From positions 64,001-128,000 of the forward strand of contig OY843768.1 in assembly GCA_963693095.2 (NCBI GenBank): DNA of 64,000 bases, given 5' to 3'. The notes beneath the pieces are model-generated. The model saw only the letters and a list, made by a program, of their open reading frames with translations, was not told the DNA's origin and made no database searches. This document shows, piece by piece, positions 20,777-29,903 of the stretch. The position numbers and the translations under genes were made by a program. This DNA comes from Cenarchaeum sp. GTDB lineage: Archaea; Thermoproteota; Nitrososphaeria; Nitrososphaerales; Nitrosopumilaceae. How positions within the stretch are numbered: the stretch's first letter is position 1; the number at the start of each line of letters is the position of its first letter.

Positions 20777-22483
20777 TCACCTGTGCGTAAATATCGCCTG
20801 CGACCTTGCGTCCTTTCTGCAATACCCATACCTGACAAACTGGACGGTCTCTCCCTCATCAAGGCTCGCCCAGCGGGCCTCGACTGCGCCGGACTCCTCT
20901 GTAAGGCTCTCGGCATTGTATTGGCCGTCCTTGAAGAGCGGGCCGGGAACTGCTATCGATATGCCGATCGCACCGGCCTTTGGAACCCACTGGACCTTTG
21001 CGTTGCCGGCGCCAATGTCATCATCGACATATGTGCCGCGCAGCGCGCCGCCCTCGCGCATCACCTCAATGTTGCCCAGGCCGATGAGCCAGAGCGAGCG
21101 AGTCTCCTCACCGACATCATCGCCTCCGAGCATGAGCGTCCCGTCGCCGAGGCTGACTTTGCGCTCGCCGAGCTCTGCAGTCGGGTGGTTGCGCAGGGTC
21201 ACCTCGCCGGACGGCAGGCCACCAACGCGGATCTCTTGCGCATTGCGGACCATGTGCAGGCGTGGGCACGAGGCGTCGATCTCTGTCCTGTTTATGGCCT
21301 CTAGTGCCCCAAAGGGCGCCATCGTGTCGGCCTTTGTGAATCCCAGCGAGAGCACGAACGCCCTGATCGCCGCAGGCACTATGCCGCGACGGCGCATGGC
21401 CTCAAGCGTTGGCAGGCGTGGGTCGTCATACCACGAGACGGCCCCGCCCTCGATTAGGGGCCTGATGGCCCTCTTGGACACTGGCATGCCCTCAAACTCT
21501 AGGCGCGAAAAGACGGCCATCTCGGGCCGGCGCATGCCAAGCGCGCCGAGGAGCGACGCATAGAGCTCGCCGCGCAGCTCGTACTCTTTTGATCGAAACG
21601 CGTGCGTCACGCCATCGAGGCTGTCCTCGACGGCGACGGCAAAGTCATAGCTTGGCCACACCCTGTGCACCGCACCGAGTATGGGATGGCGCGCGTCAAT
21701 TATGCGAAAGAGCGACGGATCGCGCATCGTCGTGTTCGCCGATGACATGTCGCCGCGAAACCTCACTATTGCCTCGCCCGCATGGTATGAGGAGAACATC
21801 TTTTCCCAGCGCCGGCCGTGGTCGGCCGCATCGCGCCTGCTGCACGCGCACGCCCTCATCTCGCGCCGGCCCTTTGAGATGTCGTCCTTTTTGCATGTGC
21901 ACACATACGCGCCGCCTGACTCTATGAGCGCCCTGCCCCTCGAGTGGAGCTCGTCCATGTCATCTGACGTGTTCTTTTTGCGCGCAAACTCGACGCCGAG
22001 CCACTCGAGGCCGACGTTTATGGCAGCATAGTACTCGAGGCGCTCGGACTCGGGGTTTGTGTCATCCATGCGCAGTATGCACGACCCGCCGTACATTCTG
22101 GCATACTCGTGGTTTATTATCGCCGCCTTTGCGTGGCCAATGTGCGGATACCCGCTTGGCTCGGGCGGAAATCGCGTGATGACCCCGCCCTGCACGGCGC
22201 CGACTAGCGGCGGGAGCGCCCCCCTCTCAGGCTCGCTGCGCCCTGCCTCCTCGAGGCGCTCGGGATGCGAGGACTCTAGCTCTTTCCTGCGGGCCGACTC
22301 GGGCATTGCGTTGACCTCGTCGACTATGGCCTTTAGGGAGACTGCGACCTCGCCGGCCCGCGCGCGCAGCTCGGGCACCTCGCCGAGGAGCTTTGACATG
22401 ACAATGCCGACCTTGGTCTCGCCGTGCTCTAGGGCGTTCTGCAGCGCAATCCCGCGCGCGCGCCTCTCGGCCTCGCCGTCCAT
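20777..22483 (-). CDS. gltX: Glutamyl-tRNA synthetase (archaeal)
   Basis: 'TRFPPEPSGYPHIGHAKA' HIGH motif, 'LRMDDTNP', 'WYDDPRLPTL'. Start placed at the ATG in a TGATG overlap with the upstream gene (MDGEAERRARGIALQNALEHG). Confidence 0.95.
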   Translation of the reverse strand: MDGEAERRARGIALQNALEHGETKVGIVMSKLLGEVPELRARAGEVAVSLKAIVDEVNAMPESARRKELESSHPERLEEAGRSEPERGALPPLVGAVQGGVITRFPPEPSGYPHIGHAKAAIINHEYARMYGGSCILRMDDTNPESERLEYYAAINVGLEWLGVEFARKKNTSDDMDELHSRGRALIESGGAYVCTCKKDDISKGRREMRACACSRRDAADHGRRWEKMFSSYHAGEAIVRFRGDMSSANTTMRDPSLFRIIDARHPILGAVHRVWPSYDFAVAVEDSLDGVTHAFRSKEYELRGELYASLLGALGMRRPEMAVFSRLEFEGMPVSKRAIRPLIEGGAVSWYDDPRLPTLEAMRRRGIVPAAIRAFVLSLGFTKADTMAPFGALEAINRTEIDASCPRLHMVRNAQEIRVGGLPSGEVTLRNHPTAELGERKVSLGDGTLMLGGDDVGEETRSLWLIGLGNIEVMREGGALRGTYVDDDIGAGNAKVQWVPKAGAIGISIAVPGPLFKDGQYNAESLTEESGAVEARWASLDEGETVQFVRYGYCRKDARSQAIFTHR

Positions 22484-23466
22484 CACGAGCTCCTCTCGAC
22501 GATGCGCTCGATTAGGGATATCATTCCCCCGCCCGCCAGCGTGCCCGCATATGGGCGCAGCGCGGCCCTGGCCGCCGCAGCATGCCTGGATGCGACCCTC
22601 CGGGCCGCTGACTCTGCGCCCGAGTCCCTCATGGCCTCCACGGCGCGCGCAAGGGAGGCGCGGCTCGCGCGCGCATTGCCAAAGCACGCGCGTATTGCGC
22701 GCGCGTCGGCCCCGCTAGCGGCCCGCAGCGCAAGGAGTATGGGGAGTGACTTTTTGCCCTCGCGCAGGTCGTTCCCCACGGGCTTTTTGGAGACGCCGGG
22801 ATCGCCCATCGCGCCGATAATGTCATCTGTTATCTGGAACGCGACACCAAGGCTGCGCCCAAACCTCGAGACGCGCCTCTCCTCGCGCACGCCGGCGCGC
22901 GCCGATATCGCCCCCATCGCGCAGGCGGCCTCAAAGAGCGCAGACGTCTTTTTCTCGACCATCGTGATGTACTCTGCCCTAGTCGGAATTCCCCTGCGCG
23001 ATGCCATCTCTATGTCCATCATCTGCCCCTCGCACACGCTCACGCAAGCCGGCGCGAGTGCGCCGAGGAGGCGGGACTTTGTCTTTGCGTCGCGCATCGA
23101 GGACGCAATGTGCGCAAACGCGCCAGAAAAGAGCACGTCACCGGCAAGTATCGCAACTGGCATGCCAAACTTTTTGTGAACGGTTTTAACGCCGTGCCTC
23201 ACTGCATCATTGTCCATAATGTCATCATGGACGAGCGTAAAGTTGTGGACCATCTCTATTGCAGCAGCGGCGGCCATCGCGCCGGCCCGCGTTCCGCCGA
23301 GCATCTCGCAGCACTGGACAGTGAGGTGCGCCCTGAGCCTCTTGCCGCCGCTGGCGATGAGGTGGTGTGCGGCCTTGTATAGGACGGGCGGACGACCGCG
23401 CGACTGTGCGCCAAGGCGCGCGTTGACTAGTGCGGCATCGCGGGCCAGCGCGCCGGGCCGGCTCAT
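22483..23466 (-). CDS. Geranylgeranyl diphosphate synthase (polyprenyl synthetase)
   Basis: 'GGKRLR', first aspartate-rich motif 'FTLVHDDIMD', second motif 'FQITDD', 'NDLREGKKS'. ATGA overlap with idi. Confidence 0.93.
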   Translation of the reverse strand: MSRPGALARDAALVNARLGAQSRGRPPVLYKAAHHLIASGGKRLRAHLTVQCCEMLGGTRAGAMAAAAAIEMVHNFTLVHDDIMDNDAVRHGVKTVHKKFGMPVAILAGDVLFSGAFAHIASSMRDAKTKSRLLGALAPACVSVCEGQMMDIEMASRRGIPTRAEYITMVEKKTSALFEAACAMGAISARAGVREERRVSRFGRSLGVAFQITDDIIGAMGDPGVSKKPVGNDLREGKKSLPILLALRAASGADARAIRACFGNARASRASLARAVEAMRDSGAESAARRVASRHAAAARAALRPYAGTLAGGGMISLIERIVERSS

Positions 23467-24110
23467 TCGGCAACCATCCTCCACGTGCCGTCTGCCATGT
23501 GCGCGCGAACCCCGGTGAGCATCGCGTCCCTGACATCACTGTCGGTCCACGGCGCGACCTGCGCGCCATGGCGACTGAGGGCATCAGAACGAGGCGCCTC
23601 GCCGAGGAGCCAGAGCGCGGCGAGCATCCACGGGCAGTACGGCCTCGCGTTATCGCCGACTGCGCGCGCAAGGCTGACTGCGTCCTCCCAGGCGAGCTCG
23701 GATATCTCTGACGGGGCCGGCTCTAGGCGCGCATCGGCGCCGAGCGTGCCGATCAGCGTCCCGCAGACCTCGTTCTCGGTGCCGACATCAAGGTACTCGG
23801 CCCTATAGACAAACTTGAAGAGATAGTCCATCTCACACGAGGCGCCTGTCTCCTCGGGCATGCGCCGCACGCCGGCATGCGCGTATGGCTCCCCCGCGCG
23901 CGGGTGGCTCGCAAACGTCGCGTCCCAGTGGGCAGGCCAGAGCATCTTTGAGCCGCTCCGGCGCGTGAGGAGGAGCCTGCCGGTCTCGTCCATGACGAGT
24001 GCGGTGAATGCCCTGTGGAGCCGCCCGGACCCAACGTGGCACTCTAGCTTGCCTGCAGTGCCGACCTCGCGGTCGCACTCGTCAACTAGAACCAGCTGTT
24101 CCTCGGCCAT
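23463..24110 (-). CDS. idi: Isopentenyl-diphosphate delta-isomerase, type 1 (Nudix fold)
   Basis: 'LVDECD..G...K..CH...G.LHRAF', 'WPAHWDATFASHP', 'ENEVC', 'YCPWM'. Lies in the isoprenoid operon. Confidence 0.9.
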   Translation of the reverse strand: MAEEQLVLVDECDREVGTAGKLECHVGSGRLHRAFTALVMDETGRLLLTRRSGSKMLWPAHWDATFASHPRAGEPYAHAGVRRMPEETGASCEMDYLFKFVYRAEYLDVGTENEVCGTLIGTLGADARLEPAPSEISELAWEDAVSLARAVGDNARPYCPWMLAALWLLGEAPRSDALSRHGAQVAPWTDSDVRDAMLTGVRAHMADGTWRMVAE

Positions 24111-24858
24111 TCCTGCGTCCCCTGATCAGCGTTCCGCGATAGCGCCTTCTTTTAACCGCATCGACGATCCGCTCGGGCCGGTTGCCGTTGACGACAAAGA
24201 CGTCAGTCCCGCCGCGCGCGATCCTGCCAGACTCGACGAGCTTGCGGGCCATGCCGCCAGTCACGTCCATGCCGACGCGCCCGACCCTTGCCCTCGCGCC
24301 GGCGCGCATCTCGGCGATGACCTCGCGCGTTGCGGGATCCGCATACACGCCATCGGCATTTAGCGCAAAGACGCAGAGGCGCGGCTTTAGGACGGCGGCC
24401 ATCATTGACATTATGCGGTCACCAGAGAGTATGAACGTCTTGCGCGAGCCGGCCCACAGCGCGTCGCCAAACGTGACGGGCAGCATTCCGGCCTCGGCGA
24501 TTCGCGCTGCGTCGCGAATCGCGCCCTCGTCTGCCCTGGTTCTGCGCACTATGGCCGCCGGAGGGAGCGGGTACGGGCTCTGGCCGTGCGCAAGGAGCTC
24601 GCGCAGGACGATAGAGTTGAGCGTGACCATCGAGTCCTTTACGGCCGCAACGCCGCGCGCGCCGTACTTGGCCGGACGCGTGTGCATGCGGTGTTTCACG
24701 GACCAATAGTGGCCAAATGACCCGCCGCCGTGGACCGCGATGACTGGCTCGCCGAGCCGGCCCAGCGCATCGGCGAGCCGGCCCATTGCGGCCCTTCTCG
24801 GCGAGAGGGGCCGCTCCTTGTTGGTTATGACCGACCCACCAAGCTTTACGAGTATCAC
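24082..24858 (-). CDS. ipk: Isopentenyl phosphate kinase
   Basis: 'VKLGGSVITNK', 'HGGGSFGH', 'ILSGD', 'DVTGGMARK'. TATA-like CTTTATTAAC on the minus strand about 25 bp upstream (24882-24891). Confidence 0.92.
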   Translation of the reverse strand: MILVKLGGSVITNKERPLSPRRAAMGRLADALGRLGEPVIAVHGGGSFGHYWSVKHRMHTRPAKYGARGVAAVKDSMVTLNSIVLRELLAHGQSPYPLPPAAIVRRTRADEGAIRDAARIAEAGMLPVTFGDALWAGSRKTFILSGDRIMSMMAAVLKPRLCVFALNADGVYADPATREVIAEMRAGARARVGRVGMDVTGGMARKLVESGRIARGGTDVFVVNGNRPERIVDAVKRRRYRGTLIRGRRNGRGTAGSS

Positions 24859-25380
24859 GGTGCGCCTCGGCGCGCGCGTCAGTTAATAAAGTTGGCAGCG
24901 TGTGCCATGTATGGTGCGCCTAGGCGTGACTTGCAGGGGCGCAAGAGGCGCGCGCTGCGGCAGGCTTGGGGTTTGGCTCCCACTCGACCTGCAGGTCTAC
25001 TGCCCCGTAGAGGCACTCCACGACCCCGCCTATCGTCGCGCTGCTGCCTGCGTGCCTCTTTATGCGCCCCCGCCCCCTGACTACGTGTTAAATGCGCACG
25101 CACTCGATTACTGATCATGCCTTGTCTTCAACTTCATAACCTGTGCCATACGGGTTCATCTCATGCGCCATGACCGGCTTTTCTGTCCTGCCAAGATGTC
25201 CGAGTGGCCTCTTGCCCCACTGCATGTGGCCTCTATGAGACTGTCACGCTGTGGCGACTTGTCTATCTCTATCCTAGTCTCCGGAAGCGCTCTACTGACA
25301 TTTTCGCAATGCTGACCTGAATCCTGTTCTTTGCCATGTGGGATCTGCTCTTACAGGATGACAATTTTCTTTGGGCATCT

Positions 25381-25584
25381 TTACTTGTACAAACAGTCTC
25401 TGCAGTGTACTGACACAACTCCAAACAGTCTTTTTTGTTTTGCATCTTCATTATTTTTTGTATGTATGATTTTCTCCATTGCTTTTATTTCATAACCCAG
25501 CTCATACAAGATTGATGGCCATCCTTGCCCCCTCATGCATAGTCAGTTCATCATGTTCATGATCATTGTGTGTTCGGTTGTCAT
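25381..25584 (-). pseudogene. Decayed downstream partner of the low-GC gene at 25581-26697
   Basis: ATG overlaps the upstream stop (ATGA at 25584-25581) and reads MTTEHTMIMNMMN*LCMRGQGWPSILYELGYEIKAMEKIIHTK..., with an in-frame TGA at codon 14. AT-rich. Confidence 0.55.
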
Positions 25585-26697
25585 AACTTTAGCTCCTCGC
25601 AGGTCACCCTAGTGTCATAATGAATTTGTAAATTTGTGAATAGTCTAACTAGTGTATTGCCACAACTATTCTCGCTCATGTACATTCGCATCATGTCGTC
25701 GCCTATCTCAAAATTAATTCCACGACCCTCGTGTAGATCTATTGCTGTTACGCTGTAATAATTCTCGCTATTCTTCTGCTTTGTGCCCCATAACTTAAAC
25801 GGCTCACGAGCATTGAACACATAGTCGATAAACTGGTTTAGTTTATCAATTCTCTTTGAAAATTTGATAACAAATGGGTTTCCCACAACAGTTTTTGATC
25901 CCTTACTTGTACTAACTCCCAACCTCTGATCTTCGACACGTGAGATCAACTCTGAGTATCCTCCCTCCCTACACCTCGGTAACTACCTCTAGATGCTCTT
26001 GGATGGATTTTCCTCGCTGTATTGCAAAACACCCATTATTGGTTATGTGTTCTTTTATGTACTTGCTTGACAATTCTTCCTTACGTTTGACTTCGATCAG
26101 TTCATGTGAGATGCACCCTTGGAATTCTTCCATGCCTGCTAATTTATCATATAGGTCTCCTGAATTGTCTCCCTCGATACTCATCTTGAGTCTGTTCTTT
26201 TGCAGTGTTCCGGCATGATTGATAAAATATTTTCCATTCTTATCGTTCATCTCCTTTGACCATTTTTGTAGCATATCTGAATAAAACCACGCGTGGTCAA
26301 AAGAATAGTTGCGTTCTCCCACGAGGCTTCTGATCATGCTGTTTGCGTGGACTGCATTCTCATTTGTGTGCAATAATAGAAATCGCTTGTTGGTCTTGTC
26401 CAAATAAAATCTATGTTTCTGCTCTGGGTTATCGTTGCTGTGTATGTGTAGGATTTTGATCATGGGCATTCCGCCATCTTTGATCTCCCACGTTACTTTG
26501 TTTCCCTTGTTCGACTCGAATAGTTTGTTGGCCTCTAGCATGTATGTCTTCACCTTTTGAGTCTTGGGCTGCGCCTGTTTTTTGCTCTTGGGACTGACTG
26601 TGGATATTTTCGGCGACTCGTTCATCCTTGTAAGCTCCTCAACAAGCTCCCTCTTGTTGCTGACCTTGGCCAAACTTTGCTTATACTCTTGCGTCAT
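25581..26697 (-). pseudogene. Low-GC hypothetical gene split by a frameshift (ORFs 25969-26697 and 25581-25949)
   Basis: ...EHLEVVTEV TAG is followed directly in the +1 frame by REGGYSELISRVEDQRLG..., continuing to 'EPFKLWG...AIDLHEG...CGNTLVRLFTNLQIHYD'. Markedly AT-richer than the flanks. Confidence 0.6.
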
Positions 26698-26759
26698 ATG
26701 GGCTCGATACGTGACATGGGTGTGTATAAACCTGATCTAGTGGATCAGGTGAGGCGTGC

Positions 26760-26820
26760 CTCACTTGCGACCCTTTATGCGTGCCCTGCAGGTCTTTTTG
26801 GCAGCAATGCTGCCGACCTT
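26760..26820 (-). repeat. Displaced copy of the rpl2 3' end (att-like direct repeat with 27341-27401)
   Basis: 61 bp with 57 identical to 27341-27401. Encodes KVGSIAAKKTCRARIKGRK* versus rpl2 KVGSIAARKTGRARIKDRK*. Confidence 0.92.
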
Positions 26821-26988
26821 GTGATACATGCCTGTGCATTTCAGGCATGCGCGCTCACATGTTGAACCAGCTACCATGGTGACAGCGGCGCCCGAATCCA
26901 CAAGTCCCACAAGTTCATGGCCCGGCCACTCGTTCATCGTGCATCGGGCAAGAAACATCCCGCCATGTTCCTGCAGGAGAATGCTCAT
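26761..26988 (-). pseudogene. Truncated retropepsin-like aspartic protease fused in frame to the duplicated rpl2 tail
   Basis: 'LVGLVDSGAAVTMV' (D-S/T-G catalytic motif). ATGA overlap with the upstream DUF5678-like gene. The sequence switches to the rpl2 tail after 'CTGMYH'. Confidence 0.7.
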
Positions 26989-27335
26989 ACCCACGCTGAC
27001 GTGCATAGAACAGTATTGCCGTAAATGTATACCGGCTCGTCAGGGTGGGCGGCCATTGCCTTTTTGGCCGCTTCTGTCGGCCCGTTTGCTGCAAACACAT
27101 CGCCGCCACAGACGGCGATGTCCATGCCGGGGTACTTTGCAAGCAGCTCATCCTTTCGGCCTTCAAAGATCTCCTCTTGTGCGCTGAGTTTGGCCTCAAA
27201 TGCCTCTCCGTGTGACTGCGCGTCCTGAGCCTTGGAGGGCTTTGTGTCGGCACTATTGGCAGTGACGTGCGCCTTGTGCTTATGCTGTCGTACTGTCGAC
27301 GGGAATTTATCTTGACCTGGCCGCCTAGTGGGCAA
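26985..27335 (-). CDS. DUF5678-like small protein (family typically encoded just upstream of retropepsin-like proteases); start uncertain
   Basis: 'FEGRKDELLAKYPGMDIAVCGGDVFAANGPTEAAKKAMAAHPDEPVYIY' fits the DUF5678 pattern (L..Y.G.+VA+..G.++......+A...A...P....+I). Confidence 0.65.
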   Translation of the reverse strand: MPTRRPGQDKFPSTVRQHKHKAHVTANSADTKPSKAQDAQSHGEAFEAKLSAQEEIFEGRKDELLAKYPGMDIAVCGGDVFAANGPTEAAKKAMAAHPDEPVYIYGNTVLCTSAWV

Positions 27336-27341
27336 TGATGC

Positions 27342-28073
27342 TCACTTGCGGTCCTTTATGCGTGCCCTGCCGGTCTTTCTGGCAGCAATGCTGCCGACCT
27401 TTGCACCCGGTGGCGCATCGCGCGAGACAGTCGATGACTGGCCCACGTGCTGATGCCTTCCGCCGCCGTGCGGGTGGACGTAGGATGCCTGCGCGACGCC
27501 CCTGACGATCGGATACTTTCTGCCGCGCGAGCGAAACCTGCGCCACTTGCCGCCAGCACTCATGAACGGCCGCTCGCCTGCGCCCCCTCCGGCCAGCGTG
27601 CCTATCATTGCGCGGTTCTTTGGGTTTAGCGTGGCTCGCCTGCCTGACGGGAGCTTTACCACAACACCGTCATCACCATGCGAAAAGATCGTCGCGCTAC
27701 CGCCGGCGGCCTTTACGAGCGTGCCGCCGTCGCCATACCTTCGCTCGATATTGCAGACAGTCGTCCCGTCAGGTATGTTTTGCACGCTAATCACGTTGCC
27801 GTCCTCATGGCTCGACTCGAGGCCAAACGTGACAGTCGAGCCCTTTTTTGTCCCCAGGACCGCCGGCATATGGGCAGTCCGTCCGTCATCAAACCTCACC
27901 TTTGCGAGCGGCGCGTCTCGCCCCCGCTCGTGGACAAGGTCGATTACGGTGCCCGTGTGGGTCTCGGCGAGCGCAAAGTCGGGGTACTTTGCCGGTGCGA
28001 TCTTGCCGGTCTTGGCGGCCCGAAACTGCATGCCTCCGCGGCCGCGCCTCCTGACTAGGGGTCTCTTGCCCAT
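27342..28073 (-). CDS. rpl2: 50S ribosomal protein L2 (uL2)
   Basis: MGKRPLVRRRGRGG..., 'LPSG', 'VRGVAQASYVHPHGGGRHQH', 'APPGAKVGSIAARKTG'. Confidence 0.97.
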   Translation of the reverse strand: MGKRPLVRRRGRGGMQFRAAKTGKIAPAKYPDFALAETHTGTVIDLVHERGRDAPLAKVRFDDGRTAHMPAVLGTKKGSTVTFGLESSHEDGNVISVQNIPDGTTVCNIERRYGDGGTLVKAAGGSATIFSHGDDGVVVKLPSGRRATLNPKNRAMIGTLAGGGAGERPFMSAGGKWRRFRSRGRKYPIVRGVAQASYVHPHGGGRHQHVGQSSTVSRDAPPGAKVGSIAARKTGRARIKDRK

Positions 28074-28338
28074 GTTCGACAGGGCGCCGAATGTGTGGAT
28101 TTTAAGCTTGTGGGTGCCTGCGCGCGTGGGCCTGGAGGGGCCCGGCACGCTGATCGCAGGCGTGGCCTGCGCAGGCCATGCCCTGTCCGCAAAGGCTCGC
28201 CTGTGTGGCAATATGGCGCCCGGACGCCCCTGTGGGCGCCGGGATGCGCGGTGGGAGGCATGGTTTGAGGCCCAGGAGCCCAATTCACCAGAATTGGCCA
28301 TCGTCGCCTGAATATATCGACATTGGCTGCCCCCATGC

Positions 28339-29854
28339 GTATGAGGTCAGCACCTAGACCGCACGCATGACCTCCTCGACCACGCTCTTCCCCATGGCCC
28401 TCCACGTCAGGAAGCACGTCAGGAGGATAGACATGCGCCTGGCAGCCGGCGCGCCCCCCTTGAGCTGGCCGCTCACCTTGCGGCGCACGACCACGTCGCG
28501 CAGCTCCCTCTCGGCGGCGTTGTTCGTGGGCGCGACGCCGGCGTGCTCGCAGAACGCGAACATCTGCGGCGCGGCGCGGCGGAGCCTGGCCACGGCGCGC
28601 GCCAGCTCCCAGCCCCCGCCGTCGTCGTGCCGGTCCAGCAGCGACGCCAGGGCGTCCTCCATCGCGCGCCGCAGCTCCGCGCACGGCGCGACGGCGGTGT
28701 CCCTGGCGGCGCGGTACAGCGAGAGGAGGTCGGCGTGCAGCCCGGGCAGCGCCCCGCCGTGCATCCTGGCGGCGTGCTCCACGGCGCGCAGCTCGTGCGC
28801 CCAGCACCGCTGGTGCATCCCGCCGGCGTCGAACCTGTTGTACGCCGGGTGCCCGTCGGTTATCACCACGCCTTCGTACCCTGGGAGTATCACGTCGAGC
28901 ACCTGCGCGCCCCTGCTCTTGCTGAACTCCAACCCGACACGGTTCCCGCCCGTCGCCAGCCACATCCAGTGGCCCTCGCCGGAGCTTGGGAACCCCGTCT
29001 CGTCCACGTGCACGTGCGACGCCCTCCTGATCTCCGCCCATATGCGCTCGGCCTCCGGCTCCAGCGCGTCGGCCACGTTGTCCCTTATGCGCAGCACGGT
29101 CGCCTTTGACATGGAGACCCCGTGCACTTCCAGCATCTCGGCGGCGATCCGCTCGACGGGCGTCCGAGTGCGCACGGACGACGCCACGGTGCCGACGAGC
29201 CTCCTGCCGTAGGACCCGCGGGCCGGCAGGCCGGAGTCCGCCCGCCGCGTCGCGCCGCAGTCCGCGCACGTGGCCGACTCGACATAGTGCCGCGTCTCGA
29301 CCGGCCGCGGGGGCGGGATCTCGATGATGTCGCGCACCGCCGTCGTGACCTCCATGCGGCCGCCGCACTCGCACGGCCCGCGGTCGACGCGGTGCCGCTC
29401 CGTCCCCGTCGGCGCGTGCCGGCGCGACGTGCCGCGGTGGCCGGGCCTGCCGCCGGGCGTCCCGTGCGGCGGGAGCTCGCCGCGCTCCCTCGCCCGCCGC
29501 AGCTCGCGCTTCCTCCTCTTGTGCTCCAGCGACGCCGACGACGGCGGCGTGTTGGCGTTCTGGTAGTACGACAGCGTGCGCCTCATCGCCTCTACCTCCG
29601 CCTCCAGCTCGGCGATCCTCTCGTCCCTCGACCTGACGGTGTCCTCCAGCCCGTGGACCTCCCCCTGCAGCTCCTTGACCTGCAGGCCCAGCGCCCTGGA
29701 GATCCCCTCGACGGCCCTGAGCCTGCCATTGAGCTGTGCCAGCGTGCTGTCCTGCTTCCCGCGACCCCTCACGCCCCGGCGCGCGCCCCAGCGGTAAATG
29801 GATCGGTAGGATCGCGCCTATTTGACCAAATGGGCAGGGGTGCTGACCTCATAC
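28339..29854 (-). mobile_element. Intact IS66-family insertion sequence (single-ORF, ISBst12-like organisation), 1516 bp
   Basis: Perfect 16-bp terminal inverted repeats GTATGAGGTCAGCACC (28339-28354 and 29839-29854), flanked by an 8-bp target duplication CCCCATGC (28331-28338 and 29855-29862). Confidence 0.95.
28354..29772 (-). CDS. IS66 transposase (TnpC-like DDE)
   Basis: N-terminal coiled coil, 'NANTPPSS', Zn ribbon (CECGG...CADC), 'HVDETG', 'ITDGHPAY', 'HQRCWAHELR', 'PTNNAAERELR.VVVRRKVSG'. Confidence 0.93.
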   Translation of the reverse strand: MRGRGKQDSTLAQLNGRLRAVEGISRALGLQVKELQGEVHGLEDTVRSRDERIAELEAEVEAMRRTLSYYQNANTPPSSASLEHKRRKRELRRARERGELPPHGTPGGRPGHRGTSRRHAPTGTERHRVDRGPCECGGRMEVTTAVRDIIEIPPPRPVETRHYVESATCADCGATRRADSGLPARGSYGRRLVGTVASSVRTRTPVERIAAEMLEVHGVSMSKATVLRIRDNVADALEPEAERIWAEIRRASHVHVDETGFPSSGEGHWMWLATGGNRVGLEFSKSRGAQVLDVILPGYEGVVITDGHPAYNRFDAGGMHQRCWAHELRAVEHAARMHGGALPGLHADLLSLYRAARDTAVAPCAELRRAMEDALASLLDRHDDGGGWELARAVARLRRAAPQMFAFCEHAGVAPTNNAAERELRDVVVRRKVSGQLKGGAPAARRMSILLTCFLTWRAMGKSVVEEVMRAV

Positions 29855-29903
29855 CCCCATGCGCGCCAAAACTATAAAACCACAAGATAGGGCCGCGCCT
29901 GAC

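Noticed and set aside
25041-25080. Possible third, degraded copy of the rpl2 tail (CTTTATGCG core)
   Set aside because: Only about 9-12 nt match, and the same core occurs by chance at ~38952.
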